A DNA stretch of 64,000 nucleotides from Bacteroidota bacterium (GCA_947491825.1 CANLLM010000001.1:17689-81688), one strand, 5' to 3'; positions 1-8,792 are shown, counted from the first letter of the stretch. A program made the numbers and translations. The notes: a model not told the origin generated them from the sequence alone.

Positions 1-1629
1 ATTTATTTTACAAAAGCCGAAAGTATGCTATCTAACATAAACGATGGCGGTTACGGCATATTGATTAATCTTTCAAATACTATTTATCATTTATTAGATA
101 AGTCGTATGAGATAAAATATAATGAAACTAAAAATATAGACTATTTAAATAGGGCCCTAGTTTGGACTAAACAAAATTTATGGTTAGACAATTACAAATT
201 AAAATACGAGGGTTTTTATTATTATAGAAGGTATAATAACCAAGAAAACCCGCCTGCAGAGAAACGTATTACAGAGCTATACATTAAGTTATATAACCAC
301 ACTAAAAACAAAAACTACCTAAGTTTTGCCTTAAAATATGCAGAATTAATGAGGCACAAACCAATAACACAAATTGGAGTTAACCAGCACTTGTATGCCT
401 CATTGAAACAAATGGTAAATATTGAAAACGGCAGAAAACTTAGCCTAAACCAATCGCCAGATTATTTCAGTCAATTGGTAACTCAGCCAGAGTATGTGGC
501 TCAGTTTTTAAGTAAAAGGGAAGCACTGGTTTCCTATTTTTGTTACAATAATTCAGAAAGTGATTCGCTTACTTTTTTGGTGCAATGTATTGAGCAAAAA
601 AAACAACAAAATATAATTTTAAAAGTGAGTAAAGTCCAACTAGGCAATCTTCCCGAGGATATATTTAACAGTATTGAAAACAACAATATAGCGGATTATA
701 AGAATAAAGCACACAAAGGATATTTAATGCTGCTTGAATCTGTCCTTAAAACATTAAATCCTGAGATTAAAAAACTGATTATCATACCACCAGCATATTT
801 CAGTAAACCAATTCAGTTTGACGGGTTTGTGAGCAATAAATCGGGTAACGATTATGCTCATCTTAACTATGTTTTTAATGATATCAACATAAGTTACGCA
901 ACATCATTAACCCATTTTGTAACATATAAAAAGAAAGCCGTTGTAATTAAAAAGGTTACGATTTGGAATCCTGATTACACCTACACACAACTAGCAGAAA
1001 TTACAGAGGCTGCTAACCTCAACAATTACATTGCAAAGTATTTTAACACAGAAATGATAGATTACAGATCAAAAAAAGAACTTGCGGAGGGTTTATTAAA
1101 TAGTAAAATATTACAAATATCTGCTCATGCAAATGCCAACTCCGAATATTTAGAACGACCTATTATTTATACTGCACTTAATAACCAAGATAGCGTTTTA
1201 TATGACATAGACTTTGAGCAACTAAAATCAAAAAACTCTTTAGCAGTATTTGCCGCTTGCAAAAGCAATGTAGGAGTGATGCAGCATAATGGAACCATTG
1301 ATGGATTTACTCGTGCTACTTTATCAGCAGGAGGCGCAGGAACAGTTTGTGCATTAAGAAATGTAGAAGAAAGTATAACCACCAAACTACTAAGTATATT
1401 TTATAAGAATTTAGCTGCAGGATATACTTCATCTGATGCATTGTATTTAGCAAAAAAAGAAATAAAGCTAAACAATAGTAACCCTAAAGTTTGGCAATCA
1501 TTTATTTATACTGGAGCAGATCAAAATTTTATCAGTGAAAAAGCAGGTATTAAAGATTGGTATCCAATATTATTTACCATATTTTTTGCCACTTGTATGT
1601 GGCTATTAATAAAGGTGAATTTTAATTGA
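1..1629 (+). CDS. CHAT-domain (caspase-like) protease with a C-terminal transmembrane anchor. The gene is probably truncated at the window edge: the frame is open from nt 1, the first ATG is at 25, and the N-terminal part looks like TPR-type helical repeats.
   Basis: His/Cys dyad context typical of CHAT: ...LQISAHANAN... and ...LAVFAACKSNVG.... A hydrophobic C-terminal helix WYPILFTIFFATCMWLLIKV is present. The reading frame has no stop between nt 1 and 24. Confidence 0.6.
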   Translation: MYFTKAESMLSNINDGGYGILINLSNTIYHLLDKSYEIKYNETKNIDYLNRALVWTKQNLWLDNYKLKYEGFYYYRRYNNQENPPAEKRITELYIKLYNHTKNKNYLSFALKYAELMRHKPITQIGVNQHLYASLKQMVNIENGRKLSLNQSPDYFSQLVTQPEYVAQFLSKREALVSYFCYNNSESDSLTFLVQCIEQKKQQNIILKVSKVQLGNLPEDIFNSIENNNIADYKNKAHKGYLMLLESVLKTLNPEIKKLIIIPPAYFSKPIQFDGFVSNKSGNDYAHLNYVFNDINISYATSLTHFVTYKKKAVVIKKVTIWNPDYTYTQLAEITEAANLNNYIAKYFNTEMIDYRSKKELAEGLLNSKILQISAHANANSEYLERPIIYTALNNQDSVLYDIDFEQLKSKNSLAVFAACKSNVGVMQHNGTIDGFTRATLSAGGAGTVCALRNVEESITTKLLSIFYKNLAAGYTSSDALYLAKKEIKLNNSNPKVWQSFIYTGADQNFISEKAGIKDWYPILFTIFFATCMWLLIKVNFN

Positions 1630-2298
1630 TTTTATGCGTTGAGCATCGAGGGCATCTGAAGGTTTAACATTATTTAAAACGTCTTTTGCCTGATCTAATT
1701 TACCTAACTCAAAATATACTGCTGCAAGTCGTATCTGCGCTTTAGAATAAAAGACAGAAGTTACTGGCACCCCATTTAATTTTTTTACACTTTCCGTATA
1801 ATTTGCTGTAAGCTCATTACAAATAGCAGCATAATATAAACCTGTATCTGAATTCAGTTTTTCAAAATTAATTAGAGCTGCATTGTAATCTCCTTTTTTA
1901 TATTGCGCCATACCCTTATTAAGCCAAGCAACTTCGCTTGATAAATAAATGGGTAAGGCATCATCTGACATATGAATAGAATCCTTGTATTCATAATGGT
2001 TAATCAATAGTCCTGAAACTAACAGCAGTGTGGCAACTGCAGCCAACGCCCAATTTGGCATACGGGTTAATCTGTAATATTTTAACTCTTTAGGTTTTGA
2101 TGATTTAATATCCAAAACAAAAGAGAGCAACGCCTCACGAGGATTCTTATCAAGGTGATCGTTTAAAAAAAGTTTAAGTCCAATAATATCATCATCATCA
2201 CCTTGATAACTGTTTATAAAATCTAGTAACAACTCCCACTCGTTGGATGTACCTTTTTGAGCAATATTTATAATTTCGTCAGTTTTATAGGCATGCAT
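1606..2298 (-). CDS. Membrane-spanning anti-sigma-factor-like protein. It has an N-terminal cytoplasmic domain, one TM helix (WALAAVATLLLVSGLLI) and a C-terminal TPR-like domain.
   Basis: It overlaps the upstream ECF sigma gene by 14 nt, which suggests an operon. The topology is that of an anti-sigma factor, and TPR-like helices are visible (AWLNKGMAQYKKGDYNAALINFEKL...). Its 3' end overlaps the CHAT gene 3' end by 24 nt. Confidence 0.5.
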   Translation of the reverse strand: MHAYKTDEIINIAQKGTSNEWELLLDFINSYQGDDDDIIGLKLFLNDHLDKNPREALLSFVLDIKSSKPKELKYYRLTRMPNWALAAVATLLLVSGLLINHYEYKDSIHMSDDALPIYLSSEVAWLNKGMAQYKKGDYNAALINFEKLNSDTGLYYAAICNELTANYTESVKKLNGVPVTSVFYSKAQIRLAAVYFELGKLDQAKDVLNNVKPSDALDAQRIKSIKIHLY

Positions 2299-2899
2299 GA
2301 TTGTATACGTTTATTAGTAAAACGATTAAAGGTGTTGAAATGTACTTGCGAATTTTCTTTTTAGCAGAAGAAAGTTGGTTTCTGACAGTGTTGTAACTCA
2401 CATTTAGTTTTTGGGCAATTTCTTCGTGCGAATAACCTGCATAGTGTAAACTGGTTACTTTTTGCTCACTTCCGTGCAATTGGTTAATTACTTTATCAAC
2501 CAATTGTTTGTCCCATAGACGTTCAGCGTCTGATTGAATGTAAACATCTTGATACGTAATAACAGCCAAATGATGCCCAACAATTGTTTTATGCTTTAAT
2601 AAATCAAGTGTGTGGTTCTTTGTAACAGTAATAATCCATCCTGTAAATCCTTTTGGTTGATCAGGAACTTGTAGTTTGCGTTTTTCTATGCTCATATTTA
2701 TGAGCTTTTCAAAAACGTCCATTACCACGTCTTTTGATTCTTGTTTATCCTGTAGATATCGATAAGCCACCAAAGATAACCTCACTGCGTACAAATCATA
2801 AATGTGACCCAAGGCTTGATTATTGCCAGATTTAAAGTCTTCTATATATTTATATTCTACTAGGTTATTCAATGTTGTGAAAATATATATTTTTTTCAA
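2285..2899 (-). CDS. ECF-type RNA polymerase sigma-70 family factor.
   Basis: Sigma70 region 2 (DLYAVRLSLVAYRYLQDKQESKDVVMDVFEKL, FTGWIITVTKNHTLDLLK) and region 4 HTH (LHYAGYSHEEIAQKLNVSYNTVRNQLSSAKKKIRKY) are present. The track start at 2899 is a TTG, so the exact start is uncertain. Confidence 0.8.
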   Translation of the reverse strand: MKKIYIFTTLNNLVEYKYIEDFKSGNNQALGHIYDLYAVRLSLVAYRYLQDKQESKDVVMDVFEKLINMSIEKRKLQVPDQPKGFTGWIITVTKNHTLDLLKHKTIVGHHLAVITYQDVYIQSDAERLWDKQLVDKVINQLHGSEQKVTSLHYAGYSHEEIAQKLNVSYNTVRNQLSSAKKKIRKYISTPLIVLLINVYNHACL

Positions 2900-3003
2900 T
2901 AGTACAAATCACATTCTCACTCGTATTGTATGTAGTTAAGTTTGGTAAATGTAGTCTGAACCATTGACTGCAATTAGCCTGTTCTTATTAAACCCACTGC
3001 AAT

Positions 3004-3046
3004 CCGCTACATAAACTATGTTTTATAGTTTATGCAGCGGTTTTGC
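3004..3046 (+). terminator. Orphan stem-loop: a 16-bp stem with one mismatch (CCGCTACATAAACTAT / ATAGTTTATGCAGCGG), a 5-nt loop, then TTTTGCTTTT. It is terminator-like on the + strand but has no + gene upstream.
   Basis: The inverted repeat was read directly in the sequence. It sits in the divergent sigma / PhnA-like intergenic region and is flanked upstream by two copies of ACTGCAAT (2966-2973 and 2996-3003). Confidence 0.4.
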
Positions 3047-3124
3047 TTTTCAACCTATTTAACTTTATTATATACCAAAGCTAATCTATATTTTTTTTGT
3101 ATTTTCGGCAAAAAGTAAACAACT

Positions 3125-3334
3125 ATGGAAGTAAGAGATTGTAATGACACTTTATTAAACGAAGGAGATTCAGTTCATTTGATAAAAGATTTAAAATTAA
3201 AAGGTTCATCAGGTATACTAAAAAGGGGAACTATAGTAAAAAACATTAGACTTACCGATAATGATGAAGAAATTGAAGGAAAGGTAGAAAAAACAATGAT
3301 GGTATTAAAAACTTGTTTCCTGAAGAAATCATAA
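3125..3334 (+). CDS. Small PhnA/YjdC-like protein (PhnA C-terminal domain only).
   Basis: GDSVHLIKDLKLKGSSGILKRGTIVKNIRL...EIEGKVEKTMMVLKTCFLKK matches the conserved C-terminal PhnA domain pattern. Confidence 0.6.
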   Translation: MEVRDCNDTLLNEGDSVHLIKDLKLKGSSGILKRGTIVKNIRLTDNDEEIEGKVEKTMMVLKTCFLKKS

Positions 3335-3497
3335 GTGAAATAAAAGCACATCCTAGCCATAAAATTCTTACTACTCACTTATCACAAATTTTTCCCGCTT
3401 ATTTATACCTCAACCAATTTGTGTGATAAACGGTAACCCCATGTAAATTAATACATCCACCAATGTAAAGTTGTTTTATTACGCTTTATCTACAAAA

Positions 3498-3505
3498 TAG
3501 ATTTG
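3498..3505 (+). promoter_or_regulatory. Bacteroidota-type -7 box TAGATTTG (TAnnTTTG) upstream of the PKD/T9SS gene.
   Basis: Consensus match 22 nt upstream of the ATG at 3527. It is embedded in a 9-bp inverted repeat ATAGATTTG...CAAATCTAT that ends at the start codon. Confidence 0.35.
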
Positions 3506-3526
3506 TATCACCAAAACCACAAATCT

Positions 3527-4375
3527 ATGAAAACATTATTTTCAATTGCATTAACAATTGTATTTTGCAATTCCGCTAAGGCTATTATTAAGCATGATTT
3601 TTCACCTAATAGGAATATTATATCGTGCGGTGCCAACAATGTTTATTTTGTATACAACAAAGCTGTGACTCCCGATTTAATCTCATGGGATTTTGGAGAT
3701 GGTGGCACCTCCATGCAAATTAATCCAGTTCATTACTATAGTAATCCGGGAGTATACACGGTTAAATTGTTTATTACTAAAAATAATATTGGTTATACAG
3801 TGATTAAACACAATTTTATTACCATCTTGAGTAAGCCAGTAGCTAGTTTTAATATCACCAAAATACCTATCGAACCCTTTAAAGTTGAACTAATAAGCAC
3901 ATCAAAACATCATGCAGATAGCTTCCTCTATCAGCATTGGTTGATGGGTGACGATACTATTTGTCGAGCAAATAAAATGGGTATTAGTTTTACTCGGAAT
4001 GGGAAATATACCATCACATTGGAAGTTAAAAATAACAACAACTGTAAATCTAGTATAGACACAACCATAACTGTTGATTTCCCAGAATTAGACCCAGTAG
4101 GCTTAAACATGGTATTCAATCGATCTCTTTCCGTTTTCCCTAACCCAACAAGCGGTGTAATTAATTTAAATATTCCAACATATATTAAACTTGTTAAACT
4201 AACGCTAATTGATAGTAAAGCACAACATAAACAAATAGAGGCGATACAAAACGGTGAGCAGTGGATTTCGAATTTAAGAGACGTTGATGATGGTCTTTAT
4301 ATTCTTATAATTGACACTGAAATAGGGAAATACAGCACCAAGGTATTTGTTAATTCAAGCATTGTAAAAGATTGA
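3527..4375 (+). CDS. Secreted PKD-domain protein with a T9SS C-terminal sorting domain.
   Basis: Signal peptide MKTLFSIALTIVFCNSAKA. PKD motif WDFGDGGTS...NPVHYYSNPGVYTVKL. T9SS CTD (SVFPNPTSGVINLNI...DGLYILIIDTEIGKYSTKVFV). The track start at 3503 is TTG, and the ATG at 3527 gives a proper signal peptide. Confidence 0.8.
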   Translation: MKTLFSIALTIVFCNSAKAIIKHDFSPNRNIISCGANNVYFVYNKAVTPDLISWDFGDGGTSMQINPVHYYSNPGVYTVKLFITKNNIGYTVIKHNFITILSKPVASFNITKIPIEPFKVELISTSKHHADSFLYQHWLMGDDTICRANKMGISFTRNGKYTITLEVKNNNNCKSSIDTTITVDFPELDPVGLNMVFNRSLSVFPNPTSGVINLNIPTYIKLVKLTLIDSKAQHKQIEAIQNGEQWISNLRDVDDGLYILIIDTEIGKYSTKVFVNSSIVKD

Positions 4376-4513
4376 GCACAAGTGTTTATCATGCTTTTTA
4401 TTGTAGTGCATTTTTCATTGGTGTAGTTCCTCCTATCTCCGAACCTTTTGCTCAACTTATAAACTTTGCATACTATTGTTTATTATTGAAAACCAAATAA
4501 GAAATCGGAACAA

Positions 4514-6538
4514 ATGAAAAATAAACTTATAATAGCAAGTGCATTGGTTGCACTAACAACATCTGCCTTCATATACAATACAGTAAATAAAGGTGTAGAG
4601 TTAAACGCCATAGATAAAAAAACGCCTCCAGTAAATGACTTCTTTCAATTCTCTAACGGTAATTGGATTAAAAACAACCCAATACCTGCTTCAGAAGGCA
4701 GATGGACCGCATTTAATATCGTAGCAGAGAGAAACAACATACTACTCAAACAAATTTTAGAAACCGCTGCACAAACTAAAAGTGCAGACCCTGAAAGTGC
4801 GCAAGGAAAAGTAGGTATTTTTTATCGCGTGGCCATGGATACTGTTCAATTAAATAACCAAGGTTTTAGTGTTATTCTTCCAATTCTAAAGCAGATAGAT
4901 CAAATTACAAATCCTAACGAAATTGCTGAACGCATAGCCCAATTACATATGATGGGAATTCCAGCTGCATTTGGTTTCGATGTTAGCCAGGATGTTAAAA
5001 ATAGCAGTGTTTACACCTCTTATTTAGCACAGAGTGGTTTAGGCTTACCTGATAAAGATTATTACCTAAAGCCTGACAACCGAAGCCAAGATATTCGAAA
5101 AGCTTATGCCGAATATATTAACGAAATGTTTACAATGGCTACAGGACAGAATGACGGAACAATTGGAAAAAATGTTTTACAATTTGAAACAGAGATGGCG
5201 CAAAACTGCATGAGTAGAACCGAACGCAGAAATATGGAAAAACAATATAATCCCTTAACACCAGAGGAATTAAATAACAAGTATTCAAACATTGCTTGGG
5301 CGCATTATTTCGATAGAATTGGATTAAACACAAATAAGGTGAAGTATTTTATTGTAATGCAACCCGATTACTTTTTTCATTTAAATACAAGTATGCATAC
5401 CAATTTAGAAGTTTGGAAAACATACTTAAAATGGAAAGTAATAAATGCAAGTTCTCCATACTTACATAGCAAAGCTGTTAACGCAAATTTTGCTTTTTAC
5501 GGAAAAAAATTAACAGGAACCAAAGAACAAAAATCACGTTGGAAAACAGTTATTGGCCATGCCAATAATATGATTGGCGAATTGGTGGCGCAAGAGTATG
5601 TTAAGGTTGCATTTACACCTGAAAGCAAAAAACGTGTAAACGAAATGGTTGATAACCTTCGTGAAAGTTTTAGAGACCGTATTAATAAGTTAGATTGGAT
5701 GAGCGCGCCTACTAAAACTAAAGCAATAGAAAAACTAAATTCATTTACACGTAAATTAGGTTATCCTGATAAATGGACGGATTTGGCTCAATTAATAGTA
5801 TCGCGTGAAAGTTACATTGCCAATTACTTTAATAGCAGTGAATTTTGGTTTAAGTACAACCTTAATAAACTTGGCAATCCAGTTGATAAAGATGAGTGGG
5901 AAATGTTACCACAAACTGTAAATGCATATTATAATCCAGTGAATAATGAAATTGTTTTCCCTGCGGCAATCATGCAACCACCCTTCTTTGATGCGAAGGC
6001 TGATGATGCTGTAAATTATGGAGCTATTGGGGCAGTAATTGGCCATGAGTTTAGTCATGGATTTGACGACCAGGGCAGCAAATATGATGCACAAGGCAAC
6101 CTTAATGATTGGTGGACTGCCGAAGACCGCAAATTATTTGACGAACGCACTAAGGTCTTGGTAAACCAGTTTAATCAATTTGAAGTGCTAGATAGTGTTT
6201 TTGTAAATGGTGAATTAACATTAGGCGAAAACATAGCCGATCTGGCAGGTTTGACTGTTTCTTATGATGCCTACTTGCGTTCTTTGATAGGAAAACAACG
6301 CACTAATATTGATGGCTACACACCAGAACAACGTTTCTTTATAGGTTTTGGTCAAGTTTGGAGAGGCCATGCTCGTTCTGAGTTTTTACGCCAGCAAGTA
6401 ATAACTGATCCCCACTCCCCTGCGAAATTCCGTGTATTGGGCCCGTTAAGTAACATGCCTCAATTTTACAATGCTTTTGGCGTTAAAAAAGGTGATGGCA
6501 TGTGGCGTGATGAAAGCGCGCGCGCGAAAATTTGGTAA
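4514..6538 (+). CDS. pepO: M13 family zinc metallopeptidase (neprilysin / PepO-like endopeptidase).
   Basis: HExxH zinc motif VIGHEFSHGFD, the ENIADLAGL motif, an NAYY motif and an N-terminal signal/anchor. Confidence 0.85.
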   Translation: MKNKLIIASALVALTTSAFIYNTVNKGVELNAIDKKTPPVNDFFQFSNGNWIKNNPIPASEGRWTAFNIVAERNNILLKQILETAAQTKSADPESAQGKVGIFYRVAMDTVQLNNQGFSVILPILKQIDQITNPNEIAERIAQLHMMGIPAAFGFDVSQDVKNSSVYTSYLAQSGLGLPDKDYYLKPDNRSQDIRKAYAEYINEMFTMATGQNDGTIGKNVLQFETEMAQNCMSRTERRNMEKQYNPLTPEELNNKYSNIAWAHYFDRIGLNTNKVKYFIVMQPDYFFHLNTSMHTNLEVWKTYLKWKVINASSPYLHSKAVNANFAFYGKKLTGTKEQKSRWKTVIGHANNMIGELVAQEYVKVAFTPESKKRVNEMVDNLRESFRDRINKLDWMSAPTKTKAIEKLNSFTRKLGYPDKWTDLAQLIVSRESYIANYFNSSEFWFKYNLNKLGNPVDKDEWEMLPQTVNAYYNPVNNEIVFPAAIMQPPFFDAKADDAVNYGAIGAVIGHEFSHGFDDQGSKYDAQGNLNDWWTAEDRKLFDERTKVLVNQFNQFEVLDSVFVNGELTLGENIADLAGLTVSYDAYLRSLIGKQRTNIDGYTPEQRFFIGFGQVWRGHARSEFLRQQVITDPHSPAKFRVLGPLSNMPQFYNAFGVKKGDGMWRDESARAKIW

Positions 6539-6553
6539 TATAAAATATTTTCT

Positions 6554-6592
6554 GACCCCAAAGCGCCCTCATTTTTAGGGCACTTTTGGGTC
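6554..6592 (+). terminator. Imperfect 16-bp hairpin downstream of the M13 peptidase gene (GACCCCAAAGCGCCCT / AGGGCACTTTTGGGTC). It is a possible weak terminator or palindromic element.
   Basis: The inverted repeat has 2 mismatches. The T-run lies in the loop rather than after the stem, hence the low confidence. Confidence 0.3.
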
Positions 6593-6650
6593 ACGGAATC
6601 AATTTGCGTACTGGCGCTGTTTTAAGTATATTTGCCAAACATTACCTAAA

Positions 6651-6734
6651 GCTGCGGTGGTGGAATTGGTAGACACGCCACCTTGAGGGGGTGGTGCCTT
6701 AAGTGGTGTGAGAGTTCGAGTCTCTTCCGCAGCA
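6651..6734 (+). tRNA. tRNA-Leu, anticodon GAG.
   Basis: Manual fold: acceptor GCTGCGG/CCGCAGC, 3-bp D stem, anticodon stem CCACC/GGTGG with loop TTGAGGG, a long variable arm, T-loop TTCGAGT, discriminator A. Confidence 0.9.
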
Positions 6735-6754
6735 CAAAACCACCCAATAGATGG

Positions 6755-6796
6755 AATACCCCAAAAGTTAGACTCTTAATGGGGTATTTTATGTTT
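6755..6796 (+). terminator. Rho-independent terminator after tRNA-Leu.
   Basis: Stem AATACCCCA / TGGGGTATT with a 15-nt loop, followed by TTTATGTTT. Confidence 0.6.
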
Positions 6797-6848
6797 AAAA
6801 TAAGCATCATACATCAATAACCAAAAAAGTCTTTATATTTGCTTTTTA

Positions 6849-8132
6849 ATGAAGCTTCTCATTACAAACGCAATTATTTGCGATCTTCAATCAGCTTATC
6901 ACGGTAAAAAATGTGATGTATTAATCGTTAACGGTATTATTGATGCAATTCAAACCGTATCAACTAAACAATCCATAATAGCAAAATCAGCAAATAAAAC
7001 CTTCGATGCTCAAGGTGCTTATTTAAGTCCTGGCTTGGTTGATATGCGTGCTGCGTTAAGAGAACCCGGATTTGAATTTAAGGAAGATTTAACTAGTGCT
7101 GCAAACGCCGCATCAGCTGGTGGATACACACATATTACAGCATTACCAAACACGTTGCCTGTATTACAACATAAAGCCGATTTAGCCTTTATAGCAGCTA
7201 AAGCACAAAACCTTTCAGTACATATTTTGCCATACGGTGCTATTACAAAAGACTGTCAAGGGCTTGAAATGAATGAACTATACGACCTGCATCAAGCAGG
7301 TGCAGTTGCCTTTACAGATGCAAATAAAAGTATTATGCACTCAGGTGTAATGATGCGCGCGTTACAGTACAGTAAAATATTTAACGGTTTAGTTATTACG
7401 CATGCTGAAGATACTAACTTAAGTGCAGGAGGACAGATGCATGAAGGAGTTAACAGTGTAAACCTAGGTTTAAAAGGTATACCTAATATGGCAGAAGAAA
7501 TAATGATTGTGCGCGATATCGAATTGGCAAAATACACTGATGCTCCAATTCATTTTTCTCATATTAGCAGTAAATCCAGCATTGATATTATTAAAAAAGC
7601 TAAAAAACAAGGTGTAGCAGTTACATGCGATGTGGCAATTGCCAATTTGATTTATACTGATGAGGCTTTAGTTAACTTTGATAGCAATTTCAAACTTAAC
7701 CCTCCTTTGCGAAGTAAGGGGGACCAAAAAGCATTATGGGATGGTTTATTAGATGGCACAATAGATTGTATTGTTACCGACCATTGCCCTGAGGATATAG
7801 AACATAAATTGGTAGAATTTGAATATGCATCAAAAGGTATGATTATGTTTCAAACAGCATTAAGTTTATTGCTAATGCACAAGCCACAACAAATAAATAC
7901 AGAAGTTATTATAAATGCACTTACGCAAAAACCTAGACAAATTTTAAAACAGGTATCAGTTAGTATCAGTGCAGGATCGAATGCTGATTTGTGTTTATTT
8001 AACCCTAAAACAACTTGGTTGTACCATGCAAAAAATAACTTATCTAAGAGTGGTAACAGTCCAGTATTAGGACAAATGCTTACTGGAAAAGTTATTGCAA
8101 CGGTTACCAAAAACACCCTTCATAAATATTAA
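6849..8132 (+). CDS. Dihydroorotase-like amidohydrolase that lacks the N-terminal metal-binding His-x-His. It is probably a non-catalytic PyrC'-type protein.
   Basis: The overall DHOase/amidohydrolase pattern is present (…PGLVDMRAALREPG…, …ITHAEDTNL…, …IHFSHIS…, …TDHCPED…). At the position where DHOases carry D-x-H-x-H the sequence reads VDMRAAL. Confidence 0.65.
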   Translation: MKLLITNAIICDLQSAYHGKKCDVLIVNGIIDAIQTVSTKQSIIAKSANKTFDAQGAYLSPGLVDMRAALREPGFEFKEDLTSAANAASAGGYTHITALPNTLPVLQHKADLAFIAAKAQNLSVHILPYGAITKDCQGLEMNELYDLHQAGAVAFTDANKSIMHSGVMMRALQYSKIFNGLVITHAEDTNLSAGGQMHEGVNSVNLGLKGIPNMAEEIMIVRDIELAKYTDAPIHFSHISSKSSIDIIKKAKKQGVAVTCDVAIANLIYTDEALVNFDSNFKLNPPLRSKGDQKALWDGLLDGTIDCIVTDHCPEDIEHKLVEFEYASKGMIMFQTALSLLLMHKPQQINTEVIINALTQKPRQILKQVSVSISAGSNADLCLFNPKTTWLYHAKNNLSKSGNSPVLGQMLTGKVIATVTKNTLHKY

Positions 8133-8141
8133 ATTTTATAT

Positions 8142-8777
8142 ATGAGCAATGCAATAAAAGCAGTTGATGCTTTAATTAACAGTTTCGAACAAAACCAAGA
8201 GTTAGCCTCTGCGATAACTACGGTTTTTGAAAGTAATGAAACCTTTTTATTTAAGTTGAAAAACTTCGATAATCATTTTTCAAAACATCCATCGCATGAA
8301 TCGATACAGGAGTATGCTTTTGATATTATGATGGCTCACCACCTAGAATCGAATAATGATGATGAAGATTATTTTGAAAGCAGAGAGTGGGAAGATATTG
8401 AAGAGAAAACCTTAGATAGAGGAACAGAATTATTAAATATGCTATTGTATATAACCGAAGTTCAAGATGCAGAAGCACCAATTGAAGTTGAAGACTTTTT
8501 ATATGAGTTTTTATTAGTTGATGAAGATGAATTTCAAGATGAACATCGCATTTACGAAGAACTTATTGCCAATGTTGATTTAGTTGATGAAAACGTAAAT
8601 AGCATTATTGAAGTTGCAAAACGTTTACCTGAAAACTTAGAGATTAGAGAGCTATTTGTTCCACTAATTTTATTCTTCAACAATCCTGAAGCTAGAGAAA
8701 TTAGTAGAGAATATGCAGACAAACTAACAAAGGAAGAATATGCTTTATTAAGTGGAATGTTGACATTTGCCAATTAA
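8142..8777 (+). CDS. Highly acidic hypothetical protein. It is probably co-transcribed with the DHOase-like gene (9-nt gap).
   Basis: An ORF with an ATG start and very Asp/Glu-rich stretches (NNDDEDYFESREWEDIEEK, LLVDEDEFQDE). I recognised no motif. Confidence 0.45.
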   Translation: MSNAIKAVDALINSFEQNQELASAITTVFESNETFLFKLKNFDNHFSKHPSHESIQEYAFDIMMAHHLESNNDDEDYFESREWEDIEEKTLDRGTELLNMLLYITEVQDAEAPIEVEDFLYEFLLVDEDEFQDEHRIYEELIANVDLVDENVNSIIEVAKRLPENLEIRELFVPLILFFNNPEAREISREYADKLTKEEYALLSGMLTFAN

Positions 8778-8792
8778 TCAAGATACCAATGT

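Noticed and set aside
6554-6592. Long imperfect palindrome after pepO, considered as a REP-like or mobile-element remnant.
   Set aside because: It is a single copy in the window with no flanking repeats. It is more simply read as a weak terminator or hairpin, so it was kept only as a low-confidence feature.
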